A model generated the notes under the pieces. That model worked only from the letters and a program-made list of their open reading frames with translations. It did no database searches and was not told the DNA's origin. This document shows, piece by piece, positions 36,289-46,553 of a stretch of DNA of 64,000 nt. This DNA is from Candidatus Brocadiaceae bacterium. Lineage in GTDB: Bacteria; Planctomycetota; Brocadiia; SM23-32. The stretch is taken from positions 36,475-100,474 of the forward strand of contig JAAYEJ010000045.1 of assembly GCA_012728835.1 (NCBI GenBank), given 5' to 3'. Each line of letters begins with the position of its first letter. Position 1 is the first letter of the stretch. The translations under genes were made by a program, and so were the position numbers.

Positions 36289-36590
36289 GACGGCCTCACC
36301 TCCCGGCTCGAGGCACACACGCCCCCCTCGTGTTGTCGATGATACGGCAGCCCGGAGGGACCGTCAAGCGTGGCGCGGCACCCATCGCCGCCCTTCGGGG
36401 CCGGGGAGTCCGTGCCAAGGCGCCTCCGCGCACGAACGCGCTGGCACGTCCGCGGGCATTCTGGTAGGCTTGTCATGTCCTGGGAGCCGCTCTTCACACC
36501 CCCTGCAGGCCCGACGCGGCGCCCGCCCCCGATGGTCGCTACTCATGAGGTCCCGAGATGGTGCCGAGATCAGGACGGCCGGCCGACACA

Positions 36591-37376
36591 ATGACGTCTC
36601 CCCAGATGGCCGCGCACCGACGCGACGGCGGGATCCTGCTGCTGCCGGTGGGCTGCTTCGAGATGCACGACAGGCACGTGGGGCTCTCCTGCGACACGTT
36701 CCTGGCCGAGGCGGCCTGCCGTGTGCTGGCCGAGGAATGGCGGGCGGCCATCCTGCCGCCGATCGTGTTCACCTACCCGGGCGCAACCACGCGGTGGCCG
36801 GGAAGTTGCGCCATCCGGCCCCGGGAGACGCTCGACTACATCATCGCCGTCGTCAAGGGCATCCTTCGGAACGGCGGCCGGCGGCTGGTCCTGGTGGGCT
36901 GGCACGGGCCGAACGGGCCGATCATCCAGGTGGCGCTGCGGCAGGTGTTCGAGGAGACGGGCGAGCTGCCGATCCTGTTCATGCCGAACGAGGGCGAGTT
37001 CTACCGGAAGATCGAGGAGGAGTTCGGCCGGCCGCACGGCGAGGCCGCCTGGTACCTGGCCTCGCTGGAGATCTGCGGACGGGCCGACGAGTTCGATCCG
37101 GCCGTCAGCGAGGCGGACGAGCACCCGCGCGACGTGCCGACGTTCCCCAGCCTCCGCAAGCTGGCCAGGCACGGCGTCAGCGCCCCCTACGTGTTCGTGA
37201 CGCCCTGGAGCCACGTCGGCTGGTGCTCCGGTCTGACCCGGGCCGACGCGCCGCGTCTGGCGGAACTCTACCGCGAATGGCTCCTCTCCCAGGCGCGGGG
37301 CCTGCCGGAGGACTACGAGGAGTTCCGCCGGGACATGGCGGCGGCGATGGAGCAGGAGCCCTGGAACGAGATGTGA
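36591..37376 (+). CDS. creatininase-family amidohydrolase
   Basis: The family N-terminal motif (ILLLPVGCFEMHDRHVGLSCDT) aligns with LLLPVGSxEQHGPHLPLGTD. Confidence 0.65.
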   Translation: MTSPQMAAHRRDGGILLLPVGCFEMHDRHVGLSCDTFLAEAACRVLAEEWRAAILPPIVFTYPGATTRWPGSCAIRPRETLDYIIAVVKGILRNGGRRLVLVGWHGPNGPIIQVALRQVFEETGELPILFMPNEGEFYRKIEEEFGRPHGEAAWYLASLEICGRADEFDPAVSEADEHPRDVPTFPSLRKLARHGVSAPYVFVTPWSHVGWCSGLTRADAPRLAELYREWLLSQARGLPEDYEEFRRDMAAAMEQEPWNEM

Positions 37377-37422
37377 CGGTCGCGAAGGCTGACTGAACTG
37401 AACCGAGACGGAAGGAGCAACG

Positions 37423-40146
37423 ATGAGGACCGGCCGGGTGGGGATGGCTCTTCTGGTTCTGCTGGCGGTGGCGGTCGGGGCGGCCCGAGGGCAGGAGGCC
37501 CCGGACGCGGCGGACGGCGGCACGGTCGTGCTGAACACCTACGGCATCTGGCGCTTTCACTGCACGCTGGCGCCGCCCGTGATCGCGGACGGGGGGGAGG
37601 TGACGCTCCGGCACGCGTGGCTGAACTACAAGACGCCCGGGCCCGCCGAAGGCTGGACGGCGCCGGGCTTCGACGACGGCACCTGGCACCGCGGCCCGGC
37701 GGCCCTGGCCACGAAGTCGGCCCTGGTGGCGCGCGTCTGCCTGCGAGGCAAGTTCCAGGTCACCGATCCGGCGGCCGTCGGCGCGCTGTCGCTCTGGGCG
37801 GCCTACCGCGGCGGCCTGATCGTCTACGTGAACGGCACGGAGATCGCGCGCCGGCACATCGCCGCCGGGCAGGAACTGGCCGACGGGCCCGCCGGCGAGG
37901 AGCGCGAGGAGGCCGCCCTGCCGATCCCGTCCGACCTGCTGCGGCCGGGCACCAACGTGCTCGCGCTCGAGGTCGTGCGCGCACCCTACCCGGAGGCGAC
38001 CGAGGACAACGTGTACGAGGAGAACTCGTGCCAGATACTGCGCGTGCGGTTGACGGCCGACGGGGCGGGCGGGCTGGTGCCGAACGCCGTGCGTCCGGAC
38101 GGGTTCCAGGTGTGGACCGCCGATCCGCTGGCCGTGGACCTCAACGTGGACTTCGGCGACCGCGCCGAGGGGGTGCGGCCCGTGGTGATCGTCGGGGCGA
38201 GGAACGGGATCTTCACGGGCAAGGTGGGCGTCGGCTCGACGACGCCGATCCGCGGGCTCAAGGCGACGGCCGGCGATCTGACCGGAGACGGCGGCAGCAT
38301 CCCGTCCGCCAACGTGCAGGTGCGCTACGGCATCCCGTGGGGCGACTATCGCCACGTGAACGCAGGCCAGCGCCGGCTGCCCACGCCGTACATGACGAAG
38401 ACGATGCGGCTGGGGGCGCTTGCCGAGCAGCCGCAGGCGGAGTTCCCGGTGCTGCCCGAGCCGAAGGAGTACCAGCAGCTGACGTTCGCGCCCGACGCAA
38501 AGGACGTGCCGTCGCCCGACGGCGCCGTCGTGCCGGTATGGATCCGCGTCCGCGTCCCCGCCGACGTCGAGGCCGGCACGTACGCGGGCACGGTAAGTAT
38601 CGAGGCCGAGAGCGTCGAGGCCGTCGACGTGCCCGTCGAGGTGCGTGTCGCCGACTGGACGCTGCCCGACACGCAGGGCCTGCACACGTTTGTGGACATG
38701 ATCCAGGGGCCCGACACCCTCGCGCTCGAGTACGACGTGCCGCTGTGGAGCGACGAGCACTGGCGCCTCATCGCCGAGTCGTTCCGCCTGATCGGCGAGA
38801 CGGGTGCGCGCACCGTCTACATCCCGCTGATCGTGCACACCAACTTCGGCAACGAGGAGTCCATGGTGCGCTGGGTTCGGACGGGGGAGGGCACCTACGA
38901 CTACGACTTCTCGATCATGGACCGCTACCTGGACGTGGCCACCGAGAACATGGGCACGCCGAAGCAGGTGATCTTCGTCGTGTGGGACGTCTACATGATG
39001 CCGGCCGACACGCTGGAGTCGGCGACGCGCAGCCGGGCGAAGGACACCGCCCGGAACCTGGAGAAGCTGGGCGCCGCCTACGGCAAGGGGCCCCGCGTGA
39101 CGGTGGTTGACCCGGCCACGGGGCAGGTGGAGATCGCTGAGCTGCCGACGCACTTCGACGCCGACGCCAGCCGGCCGCTGTGGAAGCCGCTCTTCGACCG
39201 ACTGCACGAACGGATGGCGGCCCGCGGCCTGCAGGACGCGATGATGATCGGCGTGCAGCACGACACGTGGGCGACCGAGGCGGAACACGCCTTCTTCCAG
39301 GAGGTCACCGGCGATCTGCCGTGGGTGATCCACGCGCACGAGGGCGCGGCGTTCAACAAGCGGCAATACGGCATATCGAAGCTCGGCTACCAGGCGCTCG
39401 TCTGGAAGGTCACGTTCTCCGACGACAACGCGGGGCGGCCGAAAGGCTACCGCGGCGGGATCAAGAGCCACATGGGCTGGGCGCGCCCCGACCTCGTCGG
39501 GCAGTTCGACCGCGCCAACTCGCGCGAGAACAGCCCGAACGTCTTCTGGCTGTGCCTGGCGGAGACGGCGATCACAGGGTCGCAGCGCGGCACCGGGCGT
39601 CTGGGCGCGGACTACTGGAAGGTGCTCAAGGACCGGCGCGGGAGCCGCGTGGGACGCAGCCACGAACGCTATCCCGAGAGCAGCTGGCGCAACCTGTTCA
39701 TCCCGGAGGCCATGCTGGCGCCCGGGCCGAACGGCCCGCTGGCGACCGACCGGCTCGAGGCCTACCGGCTCGGCATCCAGGAATGCGAGGCGCGGATCGT
39801 CCTGGAGTACGCCATGGACCGCGCCCGCGAGGACATCGGCGAGGACCTGGCGACGCGCTGCGAGGACTACCTGACCCGGCGGCACATGGCGATGTGGCTG
39901 GCGCTCAGCTCCCTGAACCTCTTCTACGACCACCCCGGCGCGTCGTGGGGCCCCACCTACATGGCCGGCTACTGGCGCAACGGCGGCAACATCGGCGGCA
40001 GCGACTGGTACCTCGGCGCCGGCCACCGGGAGTTGACCGAGGAGCTGTTCGCGCTGGCCGGGGAGGTGACGCGGGTGATCGGCCCGCTGCCGGCCGACGT
40101 GACCCGGCCGGGGAACTGGGAGACGTTCGACCGCGAGCACAGGTGA
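37423..40146 (+). CDS. large secreted protein (907 aa), possibly glycoside-hydrolase-like; no confident family
   Basis: Signal peptide MRTGRVGMALLVLLAVAVGAARG. Protein-like composition. The antisense 987-aa ORF is Arg/Ala-rich shadow. Confidence 0.6.
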   Translation: MRTGRVGMALLVLLAVAVGAARGQEAPDAADGGTVVLNTYGIWRFHCTLAPPVIADGGEVTLRHAWLNYKTPGPAEGWTAPGFDDGTWHRGPAALATKSALVARVCLRGKFQVTDPAAVGALSLWAAYRGGLIVYVNGTEIARRHIAAGQELADGPAGEEREEAALPIPSDLLRPGTNVLALEVVRAPYPEATEDNVYEENSCQILRVRLTADGAGGLVPNAVRPDGFQVWTADPLAVDLNVDFGDRAEGVRPVVIVGARNGIFTGKVGVGSTTPIRGLKATAGDLTGDGGSIPSANVQVRYGIPWGDYRHVNAGQRRLPTPYMTKTMRLGALAEQPQAEFPVLPEPKEYQQLTFAPDAKDVPSPDGAVVPVWIRVRVPADVEAGTYAGTVSIEAESVEAVDVPVEVRVADWTLPDTQGLHTFVDMIQGPDTLALEYDVPLWSDEHWRLIAESFRLIGETGARTVYIPLIVHTNFGNEESMVRWVRTGEGTYDYDFSIMDRYLDVATENMGTPKQVIFVVWDVYMMPADTLESATRSRAKDTARNLEKLGAAYGKGPRVTVVDPATGQVEIAELPTHFDADASRPLWKPLFDRLHERMAARGLQDAMMIGVQHDTWATEAEHAFFQEVTGDLPWVIHAHEGAAFNKRQYGISKLGYQALVWKVTFSDDNAGRPKGYRGGIKSHMGWARPDLVGQFDRANSRENSPNVFWLCLAETAITGSQRGTGRLGADYWKVLKDRRGSRVGRSHERYPESSWRNLFIPEAMLAPGPNGPLATDRLEAYRLGIQECEARIVLEYAMDRAREDIGEDLATRCEDYLTRRHMAMWLALSSLNLFYDHPGASWGPTYMAGYWRNGGNIGGSDWYLGAGHRELTEELFALAGEVTRVIGPLPADVTRPGNWETFDREHR

Positions 40147-40371
40147 CTACTCGACGCCCCCGCGCTCGCGCAGGACGTCGGCCAGGTCGGCGTGGCCCGC
40201 CAGGACGGCCAGGCCGCTGGGCGTGCGGCTTTGCAGATCGGCCGCGTTGACGTCCGCGCCGCGTTCCAGGAGCAGTTCGACGAGGTCGCGCCGGCCCGCC
40301 TCGGCGGCGAGGTGCAGGGCCGTGCGGCCCTCCGCATTCCGCGCATGTACGTCGGTCTCACCGGCCGGCAA
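40147..40371 (-). CDS. small ankyrin-repeat protein (2 repeats), start uncertain (possible TTG)
   Basis: NAEGRTALHLAAEAGRRDLVELLLERGADVNAADLQSRTPSGLAVLAGHADLADVLRERG. Only the 3' approximately 75 codons of the 558-aa track ORF look real. Confidence 0.35.
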   Translation of the reverse strand: MPAGETDVHARNAEGRTALHLAAEAGRRDLVELLLERGADVNAADLQSRTPSGLAVLAGHADLADVLRERGGVE

Positions 40372-40436
40372 TTGCTCGACGAGGGGCCGGCATGCGGAAG
40401 CCGGGCGCGGTCGACGGCGGTCTGGGGCTGCCGGCC

Positions 40437-42881
40437 TCAGTAGCCCATGGCCTTCATGGCGGCTACGGCGAAGATATACTGCGCCTGTGTGTAGACGCAC
40501 GCCTCGGTGTGGCGGTAGTAGCCGTACTCGTCGATGTGGGCCATAACGCCCGCGTTCCAGAAGCCGCTCATGCCCGGCACGACGATGCCGGGCACGGCCG
40601 CCGGTTCGTAGCCGAAGAGCGCGTGCAGGTGCACGCTGTAGACGTGCCGGGGCTCCGGCAGGCCGAGCCCGATGACATACGCGGTGTCGCAGGCCGGATG
40701 CAGGCCGAAGAGCCACATCATTCCGCGCAGCGCCGTCGACGGTGGCGTCAGGTCCGGCACGACCTTGGAGAGCCAGTAGGTGTCGAAGGCCCGTATGGCG
40801 CAGGTTCCGGCCATGCCCCACTCGCCGCTGTCGTACCAGTAGAAGGGCCACGGCCGGCGGGCGGCCACGTCGGCCTGGCCGGCCGCCGCCCGGCGGATGG
40901 TCGCCTCGACAACCTGCTTCAGTTCGCCGTCGGCCAGCCTGGGGTGAAGGCGGGCCAGCGACGGCACGGGGTACCAGAACTTGCCGACGGTCGTGCGCCG
41001 GGCCTGCGGCCACTCGAAGGTCAGCTCGGGCAGGGAGGGGGCCAGCTCGCGCACGACGTCCAGATACGCCTCCTGGCCGGTGGTCAGGTACAGCTCGATG
41101 GCGGCGGCGATGGCCGTGCCGTCGGGCTCGCGGCCGTACGCCTCCGAGGCGCAGTAGCCGGTGCCGGCCCGGTAGACGGGCTCGTGCGTGCGGAAGTAGT
41201 CGAACGCGGCGCGGGCGGCCGCCAGGCAGCGCTCGGCCAGCTCGGGGCGGACGGCACGCAGCACCCGGCCGGCCGCCGCGAGCGACATGGCCTGCACAAG
41301 CTGTACGTCCGCATGGTAGTCCACGTACAGGAGGCGTTCGTCGCCCGTGCCCGGGCGGCCGTCGGTGAGCGCCTCCAGGACCCGTCCGCTGCGCTGGGGT
41401 GTCTCGGCGCAGACCCCGCCGTAGACGAGCCCGTCCGGCTGCTGCACGCTGAGCAGCCAGAGGGCGCCCCACTCGACCTGCTGAAGCACGTCCGGCGTGC
41501 CGTCCGGGCGGGCGGCCGTGAAGGTACGCGCCGCCACGTCCAGCGTGGCCGCATCGCGGTCGATCCCGAATTCCTCGTAGGCCAGCGACAGCATCCAGAC
41601 GACGAACCCCTGCGCGTGCACGTTCAGGTCGCAGTCGCCGGCGTCGTGCCATCCGCCCAGGTCCAGGGGCACGTGTTCGCCCGGCCGGTGGGGCGCCGGC
41701 CCGGGGCTGTGGGACCGGAAGCCGTCGGGGCCCACGTGGTTGTGCGGCGCCACGACCGCGTCGTCCACGTGGCAGGCCCCGTGGCCGGTCACGGCCGGGC
41801 CCAGGTCGACGGCGGCATGGCACATGAAGAACGGGAGGGCGCAGTCCAGCGTCGCCTCATAGAGGCGGTCCTCGAAGATGCTCGTCCGGATCGGGAAGTA
41901 GTCGGTGGCGCCGCCGGACCAGACGACGCGGTAGTCGCCGGGCGTGCGCACGTCCGTGAAGTCGAACGCGGCGTACGCGCCCTGGGCCACTGTGGAGGTC
42001 TGCGTGGGGCCGAAGCGGCCGTGCTTGACGACCCGCCCCTGGCCGTCCTCCAGGCGCACCTCGTCGGCGGGGCGCGGATCGCCCTCGGCCCATTCGAGCA
42101 TGACGGCCTTCTCGCCCGCGACCGGGTAGCCGATGCGGCACCAGCGCACGGCCCGGCCGGGCGGCGTCTCGGCCGGCCGGGGCAGCGTGATGAAGAACTC
42201 GGTCGTCTCGCGCTCGCCCCTGGGCAGGCCCATGCCGACGACGTAGGCCGGGGTCCGGTATCGCCGCTGGTCGCCGAGCGTGATGCCGTCGGCGCATTCG
42301 AAGGTCACGTTCAGCGACGGGTGGTCGGGGCGGCATTCGAGGCGGGTCATGCCGCTCGGGAAGCGGTTCTCGGGGGAGTATTCGAGCGGGTAGGCGAACT
42401 CCCGCCCGTCGGCGCGGCCGCGGGCGCCGCCAAACCGCTCGACCGGCAGGAGCACCTGGAAGTTGCCCCAGACGCCCTCCGGCCAGTCGCCCGTGCGGCG
42501 GATGCGCACGCGGATACGGTCGCCGTCGATGTCTATCCTCTGTTCGAAGGCGACCTGGGAGCCGCGCACACGGCCCGTGAAGGTCACGGCGCCCGGCGCA
42601 CGCTCGGCGCGCTTGTCGACCAGGTCCCGGAAGGTCGTGAAGCCGTTGAGGCCGCAGAAGATGCCCATGTTGTGCAGGAGGGGCTTGCTGTCGAAGACGA
42701 TGTGCACGCCCCCGTTGTCGTCCGTGCAGACCAGGTAGGCGCCCTGGCGGATCAGGCCCCGTCGGGCGGGCTGGGGGCCCTCCGCCGGGTCGGCGCAGGC
42801 CGGCCGGGCCGGCGGCATCAGCACAAGGCAGGACACCAGGGCGAGCAGACACCCCATGGGGCGGGTCATCATTCGTTTCCT
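40437..42881 (-). CDS. glycoside hydrolase family 9 protein with N-terminal Ig-like (CelD_N-type) domain and signal peptide
   Basis: GH9 motif LDLGGWHDAGDCDLNVHAQGFVVWMLSLAYEEFG (GGWYDAGD). C-terminal D...Y..TEA..Y signature region. Signal peptide MMTRPMGCLLALVSCLVLMPP. AAAGGAAA RBS. Confidence 0.8.
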   Translation of the reverse strand, partial: RKRMMTRPMGCLLALVSCLVLMPPARPACADPAEGPQPARRGLIRQGAYLVCTDDNGGVHIVFDSKPLLHNMGIFCGLNGFTTFRDLVDKRAERAPGAVTFTGRVRGSQVAFEQRIDIDGDRIRVRIRRTGDWPEGVWGNFQVLLPVERFGGARGRADGREFAYPLEYSPENRFPSGMTRLECRPDHPSLNVTFECADGITLGDQRRYRTPAYVVGMGLPRGERETTEFFITLPRPAETPPGRAVRWCRIGYPVAGEKAVMLEWAEGDPRPADEVRLEDGQGRVVKHGRFGPTQTSTVAQGAYAAFDFTDVRTPGDYRVVWSGGATDYFPIRTSIFEDRLYEATLDCALPFFMCHAAVDLGPAVTGHGACHVDDAVVAPHNHVGPDGFRSHSPGPAPHRPGEHVPLDLGGWHDAGDCDLNVHAQGFVVWMLSLAYEEFGIDRDAATLDVAARTFTAARPDGTPDVLQQVEWGALWLLSVQQPDGLVYGGVCAETPQRSGRVLEALTDGRPGTGDERLLYVDYHADVQLVQAMSLAAAGRVLRAVRPELAERCLAAARAAFDYFRTHEPVYRAGTGYCASEAYGREPDGTAIAAAIELYLTTGQEAYLDVVRELAPSLPELTFEWPQARRTTVGKFWYPVPSLARLHPRLADGELKQVVEATIRRAAAGQADVAARRPWPFYWYDSGEWGMAGTCAIRAFDTYWLSKVVPDLTPPSTALRGMMWLFGLHPACDTAYVIGLGLPEPRHVYSVHLHALFGYEPAAVPGIVVPGMSGFWNAGVMAHIDEYGYYRHTEACVYTQAQYIFAVAAMKAMGY

Positions 42882-43744
42882 TTCTGCTGTGAGGGGCTGG
42901 GCTCCACGCGGACCAGGCGGCCGGGCAGGCTGCCGCACTCGAGCAGCCGGGCCAGGCGGCGCATGGGCCGTTTGAGGAAGAAGCCCTGGATCTGCACGCG
43001 TCCGCCGGCAATGGCCTCGCGGATCGGGGCGGGCGGGAAGAACATCTCGCCGTCGATCAACATGGCCATCTGCCGGCCCGCGTGCAGGGCCGTCACCGCC
43101 GCAAACCGCCGTTCGTCCTCCTGGTGGAACTCGAACGTCAGCAGGACGGCCCGCTGCGCGCCGACGGTGTCGAACCCCACGTGCCGGAACCCGTCCACGG
43201 CCATGACCGGCTCGCGCAGCACGGCGTAGTGATGCGGGACGGCCTTCAGCTCGTTCAGGCGGGTCAGGATGTGGCGGCGTTCGGTGTAAACCTTCACCTC
43301 GTAGCCGTCCGGCAGCCTCTCCGGGCCGTCGACGACCTGCGCGTCGGGGTGCCGGAGGCGGAACTCGGCGCGCCCCTGCATGGCGAGCCATGCCAGGGCG
43401 TAGTCGGGGCTCTGGCGGCACCGCACGGAGAACTCGAGGCGATCGGGCGGCAGGGCGCGCACGGCGCAGCGGCCCAGTTCCAGGTCGGTCCGGAGGGCCT
43501 TCAGGCGGTTCGAGACGATCTCGACCGTGCGGTTCAGGGCGTCCGGCGACGGGGCGGCCTCGGGGGTCTCCAGCCGGTAGACGACCACGTGGGTGACGGT
43601 TGTGGCCCAGGTCCAGACAGCTGCGGCCACGGCGATGGCGCACACGCCGCCGATGGTGACGGCGAAGCTCCGGAGCAGGAACCGGCTGCGGGGCGAAGGA
43701 TGTGACACGATCGGGGCTCCCCTCCCGGTCGAAGGACGGGGCAC
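42869..43744 (-). CDS. membrane-anchored hypothetical protein
   Basis: One N-terminal TM (FAVTIGGVCAIAVAAAVWTW). It overlaps the GH9 start by 13 nt and abuts the lptB stop. Confidence 0.5.
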   Translation of the reverse strand: MPRPSTGRGAPIVSHPSPRSRFLLRSFAVTIGGVCAIAVAAAVWTWATTVTHVVVYRLETPEAAPSPDALNRTVEIVSNRLKALRTDLELGRCAVRALPPDRLEFSVRCRQSPDYALAWLAMQGRAEFRLRHPDAQVVDGPERLPDGYEVKVYTERRHILTRLNELKAVPHHYAVLREPVMAVDGFRHVGFDTVGAQRAVLLTFEFHQEDERRFAAVTALHAGRQMAMLIDGEMFFPPAPIREAIAGGRVQIQGFFLKRPMRRLARLLECGSLPGRLVRVEPSPSQQKGNE

Positions 43745-43745
43745 T

Positions 43746-44546
43746 TCAGGACTCCACGGGGCCCTCGGTGTCTTCGGCCGCTGGGGCCGGCGGCTCCCGG
43801 CGCGGCTGCAGGTCGATGTGTTCGGCGCGGATGCGGTCTCCCAGGTAGCTTTGGCGGGCGATCGGGTCTTCCAGAATCTCCTGCGCCGTGCCCTGAGTGA
43901 CGATCTTGCCCTCGCTGAGGATGTAGGCGCGGTCGGTGATGCGCAGGGCCTCGAGCACGTTATGATCGGTGATCAGGACGCCGATGCCCCGGTATTTGAG
44001 GCCGACGACGAGGTCCTGGACCTCCCCGACGGCGATGGGGTCCACGCCGGTGAACGGTTCGTCCAGGAGGATGATCTTCGGGTCGCCGCAGAGCGCGCGG
44101 GCGATCTCGAGCCGGCGGCGCTCGCCGCCGCTGAGGCTGTAGGCGGGCTGGTCGCACAGGTGCTCCAGGCCGAACTCCTCGAGCATCTCGTCGGTCTTGG
44201 TTCGGCGCTCGGCCGCTCCACGCCCCTGCATCTCCATGACGGCCAGCAGGTTCTCGGCCACGCTCATGTTCTGGAAGAGGCTCGGCTCCTGGGCCAGGTA
44301 GCTCATGCCGAGGCGCGCCCGGCGGTACATGGGCAGGCGGGTGACGTCGGTGCCCTGGAAGAAGACGGTTCCGCCGGCCGGGCGCACCAGGCCGATGCAC
44401 ATGCGGAAGGCCGTCGTCTTGCCCGCGCCGTTCGGCCCGAGCATGCCCACCGACTCGCCGTCGTCGACGTTGAAGCTGACGTGGTCGACCACGGCGCGGC
44501 GGCTGTAGTGTTTGACGAGTTCTCGGGCCTCGAACAGCATCGGCAT
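43746..44546 (-). CDS. lptB: LPS export ABC transporter ATP-binding protein LptB
   Basis: Walker A GPNGAGKTT, signature LSGGERRRLEIARAL, Walker B ILLDEPFTGVDP and an LptB-type C-terminal extension. Confidence 0.8.
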   Translation of the reverse strand: MPMLFEARELVKHYSRRAVVDHVSFNVDDGESVGMLGPNGAGKTTAFRMCIGLVRPAGGTVFFQGTDVTRLPMYRRARLGMSYLAQEPSLFQNMSVAENLLAVMEMQGRGAAERRTKTDEMLEEFGLEHLCDQPAYSLSGGERRRLEIARALCGDPKIILLDEPFTGVDPIAVGEVQDLVVGLKYRGIGVLITDHNVLEALRITDRAYILSEGKIVTQGTAQEILEDPIARQSYLGDRIRAEHIDLQPRREPPAPAAEDTEGPVES

Positions 44547-44767
44547 TCGCAACCCAGGGTGCGAGGTGCGCGGGCATAACGGAGACCCTATTCTATCGCG
44601 ACGGGGCGCGGCGTTCAACGGGCCGGGGGCGTCGGCCGGGCGTCGGCCGTGGGCGGCTAACCGCCCCGGGGCCAACGGGTTGGGGGGCCGGGAGTTCTTG
44701 CAAACGCGGGGGCCTTTCACTATAATCGCCGGGGTTCAGAACTTGAGAGCATGGGGAACTCCGCCTA

Positions 44768-46461
44768 TGGCCACTCGCAAACCCATCGGGCAGCTGCTGT
44801 TGGAAAAGGGCCTTGTAGAGAAGGAGCAGATCCAGCGGGCTCTGGAGTATCAGCAGAAGTCGGGCGAGAAGCTGCGGCTGGGCGAGATCCTGGTCCGATT
44901 CGGATACGTCACCGCAACCGACGTCCTCAAGTGCGTCGGCGAGCAGTTCGACGTGCGCGTGGTGGACCTGAACAAGGTCCGGCCCGAGGTGGAGGCCGTC
45001 GACGCCGTCCCGCGCAACACCGCCCGGATGCACGGGATCCTGCCGCTGAAGAAGACAGGCAACGCGATCGTGGTCGCCATGGACGACCTGGACCTGTGCG
45101 CGATCGACAACCTGAAGTTCATCCTGAACATGGACGTCAAGCCGGTCCTGGCGGCCGCCGACGACATCAAGGACGCGATCGAGCGCTTCTACGGCGGCGA
45201 AGAGTCCACGATGGACAACATGCTGCGGGAGTTCACCGAGGGCGAGGCGGTCGCCGAGAACGGGACGACCCAGATGATCGGCGACGAGGGCGATGACGCC
45301 CCGCTGGTGCGCCTGGTGTTCCTGATCGTCAGCGACGCCGTCCAGGCGCGCGCCAGCGACATCCACGTGGAGCCGATGACCAACCGCCTGCGCGTCCGCT
45401 ACCGCATCGACGGCGTCTGCCAGGAGGTGGAGTCGCCCCCGAAGCGCCTGCAGAACTCGATCATCGCCCGCCTGAAGCTGATGGCCGGCATGGACCTGGC
45501 CGAGAAGCGGAAGCCGCAGGACGGCCGTATCCCGCTGGTCATCAACGGGCAGTCGCTCGACCTGCGTGTGAGCGACATCCCCACGACGGACGGCGAGAGC
45601 ATCGTCATGCGTATCCTGAGCAAGGAGGCCGCGCGCGTCAGCCTCGTGGAGCTGGGCTTCCACCCGTCCGACCTGGAACACTTCGAGCGCATCATCCGGC
45701 GGCCGAACGGCATCTTCCTGGTCACGGGCCCGACCGGCAGCGGCAAGACGACGACGCTCTACAGCGCCCTGAACGAACTGAACCGTCCGGACACGAAGAT
45801 CATCACCGCCGAGGACCCGATCGAGTACACGTTCCCCGGCATCAACCAGTCCCAGGTCCAGACGGACATCAACCGCACGTTCCCGGTCATCCTGCGCGCC
45901 ATGCTCCGGCAGGCGCCGGAGATCATCCTGGTCGGGGAGATCCGCGACGAGGAGACCGCCGAGATCGCCGTCCGGGCGGCCCTGACCGGCCACCTTGTCT
46001 TCAGCACCCTCCACACGAACGACGCCCCCAGCGCCATCCCCCGTCTGATCGACATGGGGATCAAGCCCTACATGGTCGCCTCGTCCGTGCAGGCCATCAT
46101 GGCCCAGCGGCTGATCCGGACGATCTGCACGAACTGCAAGGAGCCGTACGAGTATCCCGAACGCCAGCTCCGGGCCGTCGGGCTCGATCCGGAGAGCGTC
46201 GAAGGCATCACCCTCTACCGCGGCGCCGGCTGCAACCGCTGCAACGGGTCCGGCTATCACGGCCGGCTGGGCATCTTCGAACTCATGGAAATGAACGCGG
46301 ACCTGCGCAACCTGACGTTCGCCAAGGCCGCCACGGGCGAGATCCGCGAGAAGGCCCGCTCCTTCGGCATGCTGACCCTGATGGAAGACGGGCTGCGCAA
46401 GGTCATCCAGGGCGTCACGACGATCGACGAAATCCTGCGCGTCGCCGGAGGCGTGGAATAG
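44768..46461 (+). CDS. GspE/PilB-family secretion/pilus-assembly ATPase with N-terminal MshEN-type domain
   Basis: Walker A VTGPTGSGKTTTLYSAL, Asp/His boxes and tetracysteine C-terminus. N-terminal RLGEILVRFGYVTATDVLKCVGEQ fits the MshEN c-di-GMP-binding motif. Confidence 0.85.
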
Positions 46462-46553
46462 GAGCCGGTCGGCGCCGAACGGGTCGCACGGCGCCGGCGG
46501 GAGGGTCCTGCCGGTGCTCGTAATGGTACCTTCAGTCCAGGTGTTCGCCGACT

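Noticed and set aside
37177-40140. 987-aa minus-strand ORF
   Set aside because: Antisense of the 907-aa secreted protein gene. Arg/Ala/Gly-rich. The + strand product has a signal peptide and balanced composition.
40392-43229. 945-aa + strand ORF and 558-aa minus-strand ORF 40147..41823
   Set aside because: Both overlap the GH9 gene (40437..42881, minus) in wrong frames or strand with low-complexity translations. Only the 3' ankyrin-repeat tail of 40147..41823 looks genuine.
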